Shown here in pieces: positions 40,216 through 49,944 of a stretch of DNA of 64,000 nucleotides. A program made the position numbers and the translations under genes. The notes below the pieces were generated by a model. That model was not told the origin of the DNA. It saw only the letters and a program-made list of their open reading frames with translations, and ran no database searches. Source of the stretch: a bacterium. Lineage in GTDB: Bacteria; UBA8248. Numbering within the stretch: position 1 is the first letter of the stretch; each line of letters begins with the position of its first letter. The stretch covers positions 640,001-704,000 of the forward strand of contig OZ241996.1 of NCBI GenBank assembly GCA_965204535.1, read 5' to 3'.

Positions 40216-41400
40216 ATGCAATATCCTTTTACCGAAGAACAATTGGCGCTGGCCGACCTGACCCGGGATTTCATGGAGCGCGAAGTCGCGCCCGTCGCCG
40301 CGGAGATGGACCGACGGCCCGACCCCAAGGATTGCTATCCGGGCGAGCTTCTGAACAAGGCGTCGCATCTTGGCCTCCGCACCATGGCGGTCCCGGAGGA
40401 GCATGGCGGCATCGGGGCCGACACGACGACCAAGGCCCTTTGCCTCTGGACGGGCGCGCAAATCGAGATCGGCGTCATCAAGTGCCTGAGCCAGTGCTGG
40501 AAGGTGTCGAACGCGATCTTCAAATGCGGTTCGGAAGCGGTGCTTGAAAAGTGGGGCAAGATGTTCGTGGAAGACCACGATTGCGTCGGCTCGTTCGTGA
40601 TAACCGAGCCGGATTACGGCTCGGACAACATCTACCGGCAGAGCGACCCCGCGCTGGGCCTCAAGACTTCTGCGGTCCGGGACGGCGATTATTTCGTGCT
40701 CAACGGGGCGAAACGCTTCACGTCGCTGACGAGTTGGGCGAAGATTCTGCTGGTCTTCGCGAGAACGGACCCCGATGTTCCGCTTCATCAGGGAACCACC
40801 TGCTTCCTCGTGCACGGAGACCAGGAGGGCGTCACCTACGGCAACGTGCACGACAAGCTCGGCTACAGGCTGTATCCCAACGCCGAGAGCTACTACGACA
40901 ACGTGCGCGTCCACAAGGACGACATCCTGGGCGAGGTCGACAAGGGCTTCCAGACGTTCGCCACGGTGTTCCGGGGCAGCGCGGAGCTTCCGGCGTGCAA
41001 CACGGGCATCGCGCGCGGCATCTACAACTTCTGCCTCCAGCACGCGAAAGAGCGCATCCAGGGCGGCAAGCCCATCATCGAGCACCAGACGATTCAGCAC
41101 ATGCTCGCCGAGATGCTGATGAATATCGAGGTGGCCGAGCAGTTCATGTGGCGCATCTGCTGGGGCGTGGAGAACGACGAGAGCTACAACACGCGCTTCA
41201 CGCGGTACGGAAAGGTGTTCAGCGATCAGGTGGCGCTCAAGACGATAGCCTTCGCCACGGACATTCTCGGCGGCATCGGCATCATGAAGGAGACGCCGAC
41301 GGAGAAGATGATGCGCGACCTCCTCACCTTCCTGCACGGCGACGGGACGGACTCGATGACGCTGCTGCGCGCCGCCCAGACGCTGGACGAGCCTGCATAA
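40216..41400 (+). CDS. acyl-CoA dehydrogenase-family protein
   Basis: ITEPDYGSD, LNGAKRF, DKLGYR, RIQGGKPI..HQ, GGIG. Confidence 0.9.
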   Translation: MQYPFTEEQLALADLTRDFMEREVAPVAAEMDRRPDPKDCYPGELLNKASHLGLRTMAVPEEHGGIGADTTTKALCLWTGAQIEIGVIKCLSQCWKVSNAIFKCGSEAVLEKWGKMFVEDHDCVGSFVITEPDYGSDNIYRQSDPALGLKTSAVRDGDYFVLNGAKRFTSLTSWAKILLVFARTDPDVPLHQGTTCFLVHGDQEGVTYGNVHDKLGYRLYPNAESYYDNVRVHKDDILGEVDKGFQTFATVFRGSAELPACNTGIARGIYNFCLQHAKERIQGGKPIIEHQTIQHMLAEMLMNIEVAEQFMWRICWGVENDESYNTRFTRYGKVFSDQVALKTIAFATDILGGIGIMKETPTEKMMRDLLTFLHGDGTDSMTLLRAAQTLDEPA

Positions 41401-41444
41401 GGGCGTCGCGAGGCTCTCATTCTCCGAATTGGGGGAGGAAAACG

Positions 41445-42218
41445 ATGGATTTGATGCTCACCGGCAAGGTGGCGATGATCTCTGGCGGAAGCCGGGGGCT
41501 CGGCTTCCACATCGCGAAGGATCTGGTGGGAGAGGGCTGCCACGTGGCGATCAGCGCGCGGGGCGAGGAGCGTCTGAACCAGGCGGTCGATGAGCTGAAC
41601 GCGCTGGGCGGCGGGCGCGCGGCGGGTTTGGTTGGCGACGTGACCCAGGAGGGCGTGCCCGATGCTTTTCTGCGCAAGACGCTCGATGCGTTCGGCGGCG
41701 TCGACATCCTCGTCAACAACGTCGGCGGCAGCAATCCCAAGGCGTTTCTCGACATCACGGATGCGGAGTGGCGCGAAGGGTTCGGCTTCAACCTCTATCA
41801 TGCGGTGACGCTCTCGCGCCTCGCGATACCGGAGATGAAAAAAAGAGGCGGCGGCTCCATCCTGAACGTCGCCTCTATCTACGGACGCGAGTCGAAGGGC
41901 GCGATGACCTACAACGCCTCCAAGGCGGCGCTCATCAGCTTCTCCAAGGGGCTCGCCCAGCAGACGGCGCAAGACAACATTCGCGTGAACTCGATTGCGC
42001 CGGGCAGCATTCTCTTCCCGGGCGGGGTGTGGGAGCGGCGGATAGACGAGGCGCCCGATGGCCTGAAGGGCTTCATTGATGCGGAAATGCCGCTGGGCCG
42101 GTTCGGCCGCCCCGAGGAACTCTCCGCCGTGGCCGTCTTCATGGTCAGCCCGAGAGCGAGCCTCGTGCACGGGGCCTGCTGGAACGTGGACGGCTCGCAG
42201 AGCCGCTCGAATATCTAA
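41445..42218 (+). CDS. short-chain dehydrogenase/reductase
   Basis: GGSRGLG, NNVG, YNASK, NSIAPG, VDG. Confidence 0.92.
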   Translation: MDLMLTGKVAMISGGSRGLGFHIAKDLVGEGCHVAISARGEERLNQAVDELNALGGGRAAGLVGDVTQEGVPDAFLRKTLDAFGGVDILVNNVGGSNPKAFLDITDAEWREGFGFNLYHAVTLSRLAIPEMKKRGGGSILNVASIYGRESKGAMTYNASKAALISFSKGLAQQTAQDNIRVNSIAPGSILFPGGVWERRIDEAPDGLKGFIDAEMPLGRFGRPEELSAVAVFMVSPRASLVHGACWNVDGSQSRSNI

Positions 42219-42231
42219 ATTCTGCCGAGAT

Positions 42232-43203
42232 TCACGAAACTTTCCGGAGGGGTTCGCGCACGCGCGTGAGCCACTGCTGTTTCAGCGTGCTCTTGACGAC
42301 GCGCGGAATGCTGAAGCCTATCGGTATCATCCTCGGCTCGACCAGGGGCCTGGACACCTTCGCCTCCTGAATGGGCAATCCCACTGTTTCGATCTTGTCC
42401 AGGTCTGGTTCGCCGAAGCCCGTGACGCGGGCGGCTTCCAGGGTTCTCAGCTTATCGGGCGAGAGTCCCGTGACCTCACAAGCGACGCGGTCGAGCGCCA
42501 CCGGGTCGGCGCTCGCGATGATGAGGCCCACCCGGCGGGGAGTTCCCTGTGCGGGCCCCTGGCCTTCCATCGCGCAGACGGCGTCCAGAACGGAGAGCCT
42601 CGTCTTGGGCAGCCGCGCCGTTTCGACGAGCATGAGCGGGAAATAATCCTCGAAAGTCCCGGCCTTGAAGTGCCACCACGCCTTCCTTTTCCCCGCCACG
42701 CAGCCGAAGAGGTTCTTGACCGCGCCCGTCATGTAAAGCTGGCAATGCGTCTTGAGCTTCGGCAGATTGATGATTCCGTCCGCATCCATGGCCTCTTTCG
42801 CCATGGTGAGGTGCGCATAAACGACTCCGTCGGGATTGGGAACCTTCACCCCTTTCCGGAAGGAGACGAGGGGAAGCCCGAGTTCCTCGCATACCCTCGA
42901 CAGACCGGCTTGCTCGGCGCAACTGGCGAGACTCCCCCAGGCGGGGCTGTCGCCCATGGATATTTTCCGGGGCGGCGCCGCCGAATTTTGGAGTTGCTGC
43001 GCCACCGCCCGGAGTATTTCGGGATGCGTCGTCAGCGCGCTCTCAGGCGGCGCACCTTTCAAGATGTTGGGTTTGAGCAGTATCTCGTCGGTTGTTGAGA
43101 CGAATTGCGCCGCGCCGCCCAACGCTTCGAGAGCCTCGGCGACGGCGTCGCTCACGCGCTCTTTGTCGTAGTCTTCGCAACGGACAATCGCTACCCGGCT
43201 CAT
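42232..43203 (-). CDS. DUF362 domain protein
   Basis: LLKPN, TTHPE, GDSP, INLPKLKTH, AVKNLFG, MEGQGP, DPVALD. Confidence 0.88.
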   Translation of the reverse strand: MSRVAIVRCEDYDKERVSDAVAEALEALGGAAQFVSTTDEILLKPNILKGAPPESALTTHPEILRAVAQQLQNSAAPPRKISMGDSPAWGSLASCAEQAGLSRVCEELGLPLVSFRKGVKVPNPDGVVYAHLTMAKEAMDADGIINLPKLKTHCQLYMTGAVKNLFGCVAGKRKAWWHFKAGTFEDYFPLMLVETARLPKTRLSVLDAVCAMEGQGPAQGTPRRVGLIIASADPVALDRVACEVTGLSPDKLRTLEAARVTGFGEPDLDKIETVGLPIQEAKVSRPLVEPRMIPIGFSIPRVVKSTLKQQWLTRVREPLRKVS

Positions 43204-43209
43204 GGACGT

Positions 43210-43539
43210 TTAACTCTCATTTTTGATGGCTTCTATCTTCTCGTCGCGTTCTTCTTCAAGCGCCTCGCGCTCGCTTCTGAATTTCTGGCGGAACGCGTTC
43301 AGCGCATCTCTTGCCTCGGGTTCGAGTTGCGCTTCGATGGCTTCGATGGGAGCGCCGCCCGTCATTTTCATCAATTCCTGCTGATGGAGAACGTCTTTTT
43401 CGGCGATTTTCCCCTCGTAAACCTTTTTGATTTCCTCAATCTTGTCCCTTTGCTCGGGAGTGAGTTTTTCCAGCTCCTGGCGCGCTTGCTCGCCGATGGC
43501 GGAAGTTTTCTCCATCGCTATTTCCAGGGCGCTCTTCAT
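43210..43539 (-). CDS. small coiled-coil hypothetical protein
   Basis: MKSALEIAMEKT start, RBS GGAGG. Confidence 0.75.
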   Translation of the reverse strand: MKSALEIAMEKTSAIGEQARQELEKLTPEQRDKIEEIKKVYEGKIAEKDVLHQQELMKMTGGAPIEAIEAQLEPEARDALNAFRQKFRSEREALEEERDEKIEAIKNES

Positions 43540-43626
43540 GATCAACCTCCACGGCTGTGTGATGACTTGTATGGGAAGGGCATTCTAGGTTGCGTGAGGA
43601 AGGGGGTCAACATCCGAGCCTTTGCG

Positions 43627-43822
43627 GGTTGTTGAAAGAGCGATAGTTTCTGGATTTGTCGCAGGCAGCCAACAGAAGAGAAAGAAAAATCACTCCCCCT
43701 CAAGGGGGGAGTGAATCCACTTCCTGCTTCCTTGGCAATGCCCCTCAAGGGGGGAGTGATTTCTCCTCTCTCGTCGGTTGCCTCAATTCCAAAAATCGCT
43801 TCCCGGGGGCTTTTCAACAGCC
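43627..43822. mobile_element. MITE-like element containing CACTCCCCC/GGGGGGAGTG palindromes
   Basis: ends GGTTGTTGAAAG and TTTTCAACAGCC; no recognisable target duplication. Confidence 0.5.
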
Positions 43823-43941
43823 CCATAATGCACAGGTTTTCAGGCGGATAGCGAAAACCACAGGTTACTTATCTCACGGGGACTCTCGGAGACGGAAATT
43901 TTGATATAAGAAGTCTTGATACGCCCACCTGTGGAGGAACC

Positions 43942-44910
43942 ATGCGCGAGCCCACGTTTGACGATGTTCTGGAAGCGCAAAAACGGGTCGCCGCCTACTT
44001 GCAGCCCACGCCCTTTCACGAGGTGCCGGTGCTCTCCGGACGCATCGGGTGCCGGTATTTCATGAAATTCGAGTCCATGCAGCCCATCGGCGCGTTCAAG
44101 GTGCGCGGCGGCGTGAATCTCGTCTCCAGGCTCAGTCCGGAGGAGAAGCAGGCGGGCCTCATCACGGCCTCGACCGGCAATCACGGTCAATCCATCGCCT
44201 ACGCCGCGCGGATCTTCGGGGTCAATGCGTTGATCGCGGCCCCGAACGGGGCGAACGCGGATAAAATATCGGCCATCGAGAGGCTGGGGGCGGAAGTCGC
44301 GTTCGCGGGGGAGGATTTCGACGACGCCAGGGTGTGGTGCGAGGAGCAGTGCGAAGCGCGCAGCATGCGCTACGTTCACTCGGCCAACGAGCCGCACCTC
44401 ATCGCGGGCGTGGCGACCCAGACGCTCGAGATCATGGAAACCGAGCCGGATATCGAAGTCGTCATCGTACCCCTCGGCGGGGGAAGCGGGGTGTGCGGCG
44501 CAGGCCTCGTCGCCAAACACATCAACCCCAAGGCCCACGTGGTGGGGGTCCAGGCGGAAAACGCTCCGGCGTTCTTCAAGAGCTTTTACGAAGGAAAAAT
44601 GCTGGCTCAGCCCTCAGCGGACACCTTCGCGGACGGACTCGCCACCCGGGTGCCTTTCGAACTGACGTTTTCGATGATCAGGCGATACGTGGATGAAATC
44701 GTGACCGTGAGCGAGGAGGAGATGTGCGACGCCATCCGCCTGCTCGTCTCCGAAGTACACGTCATCGCCGAGGGTGCGGGCGCCGCCCCGACGGCGGCCG
44801 CCATGAAGATGGATTTGAAGGGCAAGCGGGTCGCCGGAATCCTGAGCGGGCGCAACCTCACCAGTGAACACCTCGATATTATTCTCAGCGGCGGGACGCC
44901 TCGTCCGTGA
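43942..44910 (+). CDS. PLP-dependent threonine/serine dehydratase family
   Basis: GAFKVRG, ASTGNH, PLGGG, ADGLA, SGRN. Confidence 0.92.
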   Translation: MREPTFDDVLEAQKRVAAYLQPTPFHEVPVLSGRIGCRYFMKFESMQPIGAFKVRGGVNLVSRLSPEEKQAGLITASTGNHGQSIAYAARIFGVNALIAAPNGANADKISAIERLGAEVAFAGEDFDDARVWCEEQCEARSMRYVHSANEPHLIAGVATQTLEIMETEPDIEVVIVPLGGGSGVCGAGLVAKHINPKAHVVGVQAENAPAFFKSFYEGKMLAQPSADTFADGLATRVPFELTFSMIRRYVDEIVTVSEEEMCDAIRLLVSEVHVIAEGAGAAPTAAAMKMDLKGKRVAGILSGRNLTSEHLDIILSGGTPRP

Positions 44911-47480
44911 AATACACCATCAAAAAAGAGGCCGCGCGAGCGCATGAACCGGGAAGCCGGTATGTCGAGGTTGCGCTCAGCGTCCCGCAGCTAAAGCCGC
45001 TCACCTACCGGGCAAGTCGTGAACTCGCGGAGAGGCTGGCTCCCGGACTGCGCGTGCTGGTGCCGCTGGGCAGGCGGAAGGTGACGGGATACGTCGTCCA
45101 CCCGCCGGGCGAAAGCCCGCCCCCCGGGGTCGAGCCCGGGTCCATCAAATCCGTTCTGGAGATGCTTGACGATGAGCCGTTGCTCACGCCGGAACTTCTG
45201 GAACTCACCAGATGGGTGGCGGAGTACTATTGTTGCGGCTGGGGGGAGGCGCTCAAATTCGCGCTGCCGTCCCACAGGGAGAAGAAAACCGTAGAGCGTT
45301 ACCGCCTGAGTGAGACAGGGCGGGTGGAGGCGGCATTCGAAGAAGGCGGCCTGGGCCTGCCCGGCCTCAAGCCCTCGGAGGGTAAGGGGAGCCACAAGGC
45401 GCGCATTCTGGTGGCGCTTCGCAAGGGTCCGAGAACCATCGGTTCTCTTGCGGCGTCGTTCGGGCGCGGGACGCGCCCGGAGCTCATGCGTCTTCTCGAC
45501 GCGGGCTTCGTGGAGAAAGTCGTCGATTCTGTAGGCGGCTCTCCGCCCAAAACGGCGAAGTACGCGCGCCTTCTCGAGATGCCCCCGGAAGGTGAGCTGG
45601 AGTCTCTCGCAAAACGCGCGAAGCGGCAGGTGGAAATCCTGCGTCTTTTGAGTGAAGCGGAAAATGGACGGGTGCGGCTGGGGGAACTGGAAACCCTCTC
45701 GAAGGGTGCGCGCGCCGCTTGCGCGGCGCTGGAGAAAAAAGGGTGGGTCCAGGTGGAGGAGGGTCTCCTCCCGGATGAAGAGAATATGAGCGAGCTGAGT
45801 CCAGGGGGCGGTGCGCCCGCTATGGACCTCACCGATGAGCAGAAAGAATCGTTCGAACTGGTGAAAGCGGATATCGAGGAAAAGCATTTTTCGGTCACGC
45901 TTCTTCACGGCGTTACCGGAAGCGGGAAGACGGAAGTCTACATCCGCCTTGCGCAAGAAGCCCTCGCAAACGGATTGGGCGCATTGATTCTGGTGCCGGA
46001 AATCGGCCTGACTCCCCAGCTCCTGGGACGCTTTCAGGAGCGTTTTGGCGGTTTGGTGGCCTGTCTGCACAGCGCCTATTCGGAGAAAAAGCGCCTGTCG
46101 GAATGGCGGCGCATCAAGAACGGGGATGCGCCCATCGTCGTGGGCACGAGGTCCGCCGTCTTCGCCCCGGTCCCGAACCTGGGGATGGTTGCGGTGGATG
46201 AGGAGCACGACGGCTCCTACAAGCAGGAGGAGTCCCCTCGCTACCACGCGCGGGATACGGGCATCGTGCGCGCCAGGAATCTGGGGGTTCCGGTCGTGCT
46301 GGGTTCGGCGACGCCGTCGATTGAAAGCTATACGAGCGCCAGAAGCGGCCGCTACCGTCTGCGCTCGCTTTCGGGTCGGCCCACGGGGGGGAGGTTGCCT
46401 CAGGTGCGCCTGGTGGATTTGAGAAAAGAGGCCGGTTCCGACCCCAGGACGCCCGAGCTTCTCACGCGCGATTTGGCTTCCGCCGTCGGCGAGCGTCTGG
46501 AGCGAGGCGAGCAGACGCTGTTGTTCCTGAACCGGCGCGGGTTCTCTTCGGTGATCCTGTGCCGCGATTGCGGGGAGGCGCTCGAGTGTCCTCACTGCTC
46601 CATCCCGCTGACGTTTCACCGGGAAGGCGGGGGCAGGGTGCAGTGCCACTGGTGCGATTACAGCGCGCATCCGCCCAACAGGTGCTCCTCCTGCCGCAGT
46701 GATCAGGTGGGTTACTTCGGCGTGGGGACCGAGCGCGTCGAGCAGGCCGTGAAAGCGCGATTCCCGGAGGCGCGCGTCCAGCGTCTGGACCGCGATACGG
46801 CCCGCCGGGCAGGCGCATACGAGAGCATATTCGGCGCCATGCGAAGCGGGGAGATCGACATCCTCATCGGGACGCAAATGGTGGCGAAAGGCCACGATTT
46901 CCCGAAACTGACGCTCGTGGGGGTTGTGGTGGCCGACGTCGGGCTTCATCTGCCGGATTTCAGGGCGAGCGAGCGCACTTTTCAGCTATTGACCCAGGTG
47001 GCGGGCCGGGCGGGCCGCGCCGATTTGCCCGGTGAAGTCATCATCCAGACGTTCAGGCCGGACCATTTCGCGGTTCAGTGCGCGCGGACGCATGATTACG
47101 CCGGTTTCTACAAGAGAGAAGCCCTGGCGCGGGAGCAGTTGGGCTACCCGCCCTATCGGCGCCTGGCCAGGCTGCGTTTCGAGTCCAAGAACAAGCACCT
47201 CGCCGCGAAAGCCGGTGAATGGATGGCGTCATACTTGCGCAGGCATGGCGCTGCCGCCGCCGGGCGCGCCGCCGACCCTGTGGGGGTCGAATATCTGGGT
47301 CCCGCGCCGGCGCCATTCGTGAGGATCCGCGGCGTATGGCGGTATCACATGATCCTGAAGGCCAGGGGGGCGAAGCGCCTGGGCGAGGCGCTCAATTCGC
47401 TGAGGGCGGAATTTGACGGAGAAGCGGCTTTTTCCTCCGTTCGCCTGGCGGTGGACGTAGACCCGTTGAGTTTGATGTGA
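44907..47480 (+). CDS. priA: primosomal protein N'
   Basis: GVTGSGKTE, VPEIGLTPQ, DEEH, YHARD, four CxxC, GTQMVAKG, QVAGRAGR, VDVDP. Confidence 0.97.
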   Translation: MKYTIKKEAARAHEPGSRYVEVALSVPQLKPLTYRASRELAERLAPGLRVLVPLGRRKVTGYVVHPPGESPPPGVEPGSIKSVLEMLDDEPLLTPELLELTRWVAEYYCCGWGEALKFALPSHREKKTVERYRLSETGRVEAAFEEGGLGLPGLKPSEGKGSHKARILVALRKGPRTIGSLAASFGRGTRPELMRLLDAGFVEKVVDSVGGSPPKTAKYARLLEMPPEGELESLAKRAKRQVEILRLLSEAENGRVRLGELETLSKGARAACAALEKKGWVQVEEGLLPDEENMSELSPGGGAPAMDLTDEQKESFELVKADIEEKHFSVTLLHGVTGSGKTEVYIRLAQEALANGLGALILVPEIGLTPQLLGRFQERFGGLVACLHSAYSEKKRLSEWRRIKNGDAPIVVGTRSAVFAPVPNLGMVAVDEEHDGSYKQEESPRYHARDTGIVRARNLGVPVVLGSATPSIESYTSARSGRYRLRSLSGRPTGGRLPQVRLVDLRKEAGSDPRTPELLTRDLASAVGERLERGEQTLLFLNRRGFSSVILCRDCGEALECPHCSIPLTFHREGGGRVQCHWCDYSAHPPNRCSSCRSDQVGYFGVGTERVEQAVKARFPEARVQRLDRDTARRAGAYESIFGAMRSGEIDILIGTQMVAKGHDFPKLTLVGVVVADVGLHLPDFRASERTFQLLTQVAGRAGRADLPGEVIIQTFRPDHFAVQCARTHDYAGFYKREALAREQLGYPPYRRLARLRFESKNKHLAAKAGEWMASYLRRHGAAAAGRAADPVGVEYLGPAPAPFVRIRGVWRYHMILKARGAKRLGEALNSLRAEFDGEAAFSSVRLAVDVDPLSLM

Positions 47481-47544
47481 GGATACCCATCCTCAAAGGA
47501 GCCATATTTCGGAGAAACCAGATACTTCAGAACGGGGAGTTTAT

Positions 47545-48633
47545 ATGTCACAGGAAAATTTCACAGCGGCCCTCGTGGGCCTCGGGTGGTGGGCGACGCC
47601 GATAGGAGACGCCCTCCGCAGAAGCGGGAAGATAGACCTGGTCGCCTGCTACACGCGCAACGAAGAAAAGCGCGCCTCATTCGCGGAGGAGCATGGATGC
47701 GAGGCGGCGTCCAGCTATGAGGCGATACTGGAGAATCCAGACGTGGAGGGGATTCTCCTCACCACGCCGAACAAGGTGCATGCGGCCCAGATCATCGCCG
47801 CGCTCAAGGCGGGCAAGCACGTCTGGGTGGAAAAGCCGATAACGAACGTCCTGGCCGAAACGCCCGAAGTGCTGGGAGCCTGGCGGGCGTCCGGCAAGAC
47901 CCTGGCGGTGGGGCATTGCTACCGGCGCGCGGCGGGGCACCGGAAAATCCGCGCGCTGATAGAAGACGGCACCATCGGCAGGCCGCTTTGGGCGGAGGCC
48001 GTTTTTTCAAATCACATGGGGCAGTTTTTCACCCCCGACAGGTGGCGCTATTTCAGGGACGAGTGTCCGGGCGGCCCCCTCATGCAGATGGGGATTCACC
48101 ACTGCGACACGCTGAACTACCTGCTGGGCGACCCCGTTTGCGTGACGGGCGTTCACAAAAAGCTGGCCACCCCTGCGGAGATAGACGACGTGACGATGAC
48201 GATCACCGAACACGAAGGCGGCCCCGTCTCCACCCTGATGACGAGTTTCGTGACGCCCGGCGTATTCACGCTCAGGCTGCACGGCACACAGGCGGTGGTC
48301 TCCCTCGAGATGATTCGCGAAGATATCACCCTGGCCCACCGGACGAACGATGAGACCACGCTGGCGATTCAAAAGGCGGGCGAGGCCGGCTGGACGGACG
48401 TGCCCGTACCCGAGATGGCGGACATGATTCTCGACGAGGTGGAGGAGTTCGCCGATTGCGCCCGCACGGGCGCTGCGCCCGAAACCGGTCCCCGGGAGGC
48501 CGTCCATGCCCTGGCGCAGGTGGAGGGTTCGTGCCGCTCGGCGGAAGAGGCCAGAAAGATACAGATGACGGAACTTCTGGAAGGGATCGACGTCCAGGAG
48601 GCCGCGTTTTTCGTTGAGCGCCGAGCGAAATGA
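47545..48633 (+). CDS. Gfo/Idh/MocA oxidoreductase
   Basis: GLGWW, GKHVWVEKP, GGPLMQMGIH. Confidence 0.92.
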   Translation: MSQENFTAALVGLGWWATPIGDALRRSGKIDLVACYTRNEEKRASFAEEHGCEAASSYEAILENPDVEGILLTTPNKVHAAQIIAALKAGKHVWVEKPITNVLAETPEVLGAWRASGKTLAVGHCYRRAAGHRKIRALIEDGTIGRPLWAEAVFSNHMGQFFTPDRWRYFRDECPGGPLMQMGIHHCDTLNYLLGDPVCVTGVHKKLATPAEIDDVTMTITEHEGGPVSTLMTSFVTPGVFTLRLHGTQAVVSLEMIREDITLAHRTNDETTLAIQKAGEAGWTDVPVPEMADMILDEVEEFADCARTGAAPETGPREAVHALAQVEGSCRSAEEARKIQMTELLEGIDVQEAAFFVERRAK

Positions 48634-48636
48634 AAA

Positions 48637-48711
48637 TGGTGGGCCGTACTGGATTTGAACCAGTGACTTCTGCCGTGTGAAGGCAGCGCTCTGCCACTGA
48701 GCTAACGGCCC
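48637..48711 (-). tRNA. tRNA-Val(CAC)
   Basis: GGGCCGTTAGCTCAGTGGCAGAGCG-CTGCC-TT-CAC-AC-GGCAG..GGTTCAAATCC..CGGCCCACCA. Confidence 0.97.
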
Positions 48712-48991
48712 AGGGTTTTGCGTTTATCATAGGCCCCAAACGGGGTCAAGAACGGGGTTGTTGAGAAAGGCTTCTCGCTCGGAATTCAGCTCATCTGCGC
48801 GGCTGCAGACATAGCCCTTGAACAACATTGCCAACCAACGAGAGAGAAGAATCACTCCCCCCTTGAGGGTCTGGCTTCCCGAGGGGAAAGCCAGACGGAG
48901 AGGCCGAGCGGTTTGTGCGAAGGCCGATGCGGTGGGGGGAATATGTAACCACCCGCGTTTTGTGACGTAGGGGCGGCCCCCCGTGGCCGCC

Positions 48992-49944
48992 CGTATCGAA
49001 GATGTCTGTCCCCGTGGTTGTCCTTCGTCAGGACAGGCACGGGGGCCTGTCCCTACAGCTCTTGCGATTTTGATCGTTATTCCGGCAATCCCTCCCTCCC
49101 CGGTCGGCATTGATTGCCGGAATGACGAACCAATACCCTCCCTCCCCGCCCGGGATCCGTCTTGACGGAACGCGCGGCGGCGCATTAGAGTAACGCCTAT
49201 GAGGACCCACTAACGTGGGGGAAAACCGAATGACGGAATACGAAGCCGCAAGCCTCGCCATCCAGGAATCCACACTCGCGCTGCAGGAAGCATCCCTCGC
49301 CATCCAGAAAGCGTCCCTCGCGGCGCAGCAGGCCTCGGTGTGGGTCGCCGCGCTCGTGGGGGCCGCGCAGTGCTCCCTGATCGCCTACGGCCTCTACTTC
49401 ATGCGCCAGGCCGCGCGCCACCGCGACGCCCAGCACCGCGAGACCATGAAGGCGCTCGACAGCCGCCACCGCGAACACATGGAGGCGATCGCCGCCGAGC
49501 GCGAGGCGCAAAAAGATCAGCACCGCGTAACCATGGAGGCGATGGAGCGCACGCACCGGGAGAACATGACGGCGCTCGACAGCCGGCACCGGGAAACCAT
49601 GGAAGCGTTCGCCGCCCAGCGAGAGGATCAAAAAGCTCAGCACGCCGCAACCATGAACGCACTCGCCACCCAGCGCGAAGAGCACAAAGATCAGCACCAT
49701 GAGAACATGGAGGCGCTCAAGGCGCTGCGCGGGGAGCAAAGCGAACAGCACCACGAGAACATGGAGGCGCTCAAGGAACTCATCCGCCGCACCGCTGCGC
49801 CGCCCGACACCCCTCACCCCGAGTAGTCCTGAGCTTGTCGAAGGACGTATCGAAGATGTCTGTCCCCGTGGTTGTCTTTCGTCAGGACAGGCACGGGGGC
49901 CTGTCCCTACATCTCTTGCGATTTTGTTCGTCATTCCGGCAATC
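48992..49944 (+). repeat. 99-bp direct repeats (48992-49090 and 49846-49944) bracketing the cargo gene
   Basis: CGTATCGAAGATGTCTG...ATTCCGGCAATC, 4 mismatches by eye. Confidence 0.88.
49230..49826 (+). CDS. membrane-anchored His/Met-rich coiled-coil repeat protein
   Basis: TM segment VWVAALVGAAQCSLIAYGLYFM, then eight H-x3-M-x-A motifs; host-like codon usage. Confidence 0.8.
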   Translation: MTEYEAASLAIQESTLALQEASLAIQKASLAAQQASVWVAALVGAAQCSLIAYGLYFMRQAARHRDAQHRETMKALDSRHREHMEAIAAEREAQKDQHRVTMEAMERTHRENMTALDSRHRETMEAFAAQREDQKAQHAATMNALATQREEHKDQHHENMEALKALRGEQSEQHHENMEALKELIRRTAAPPDTPHPE

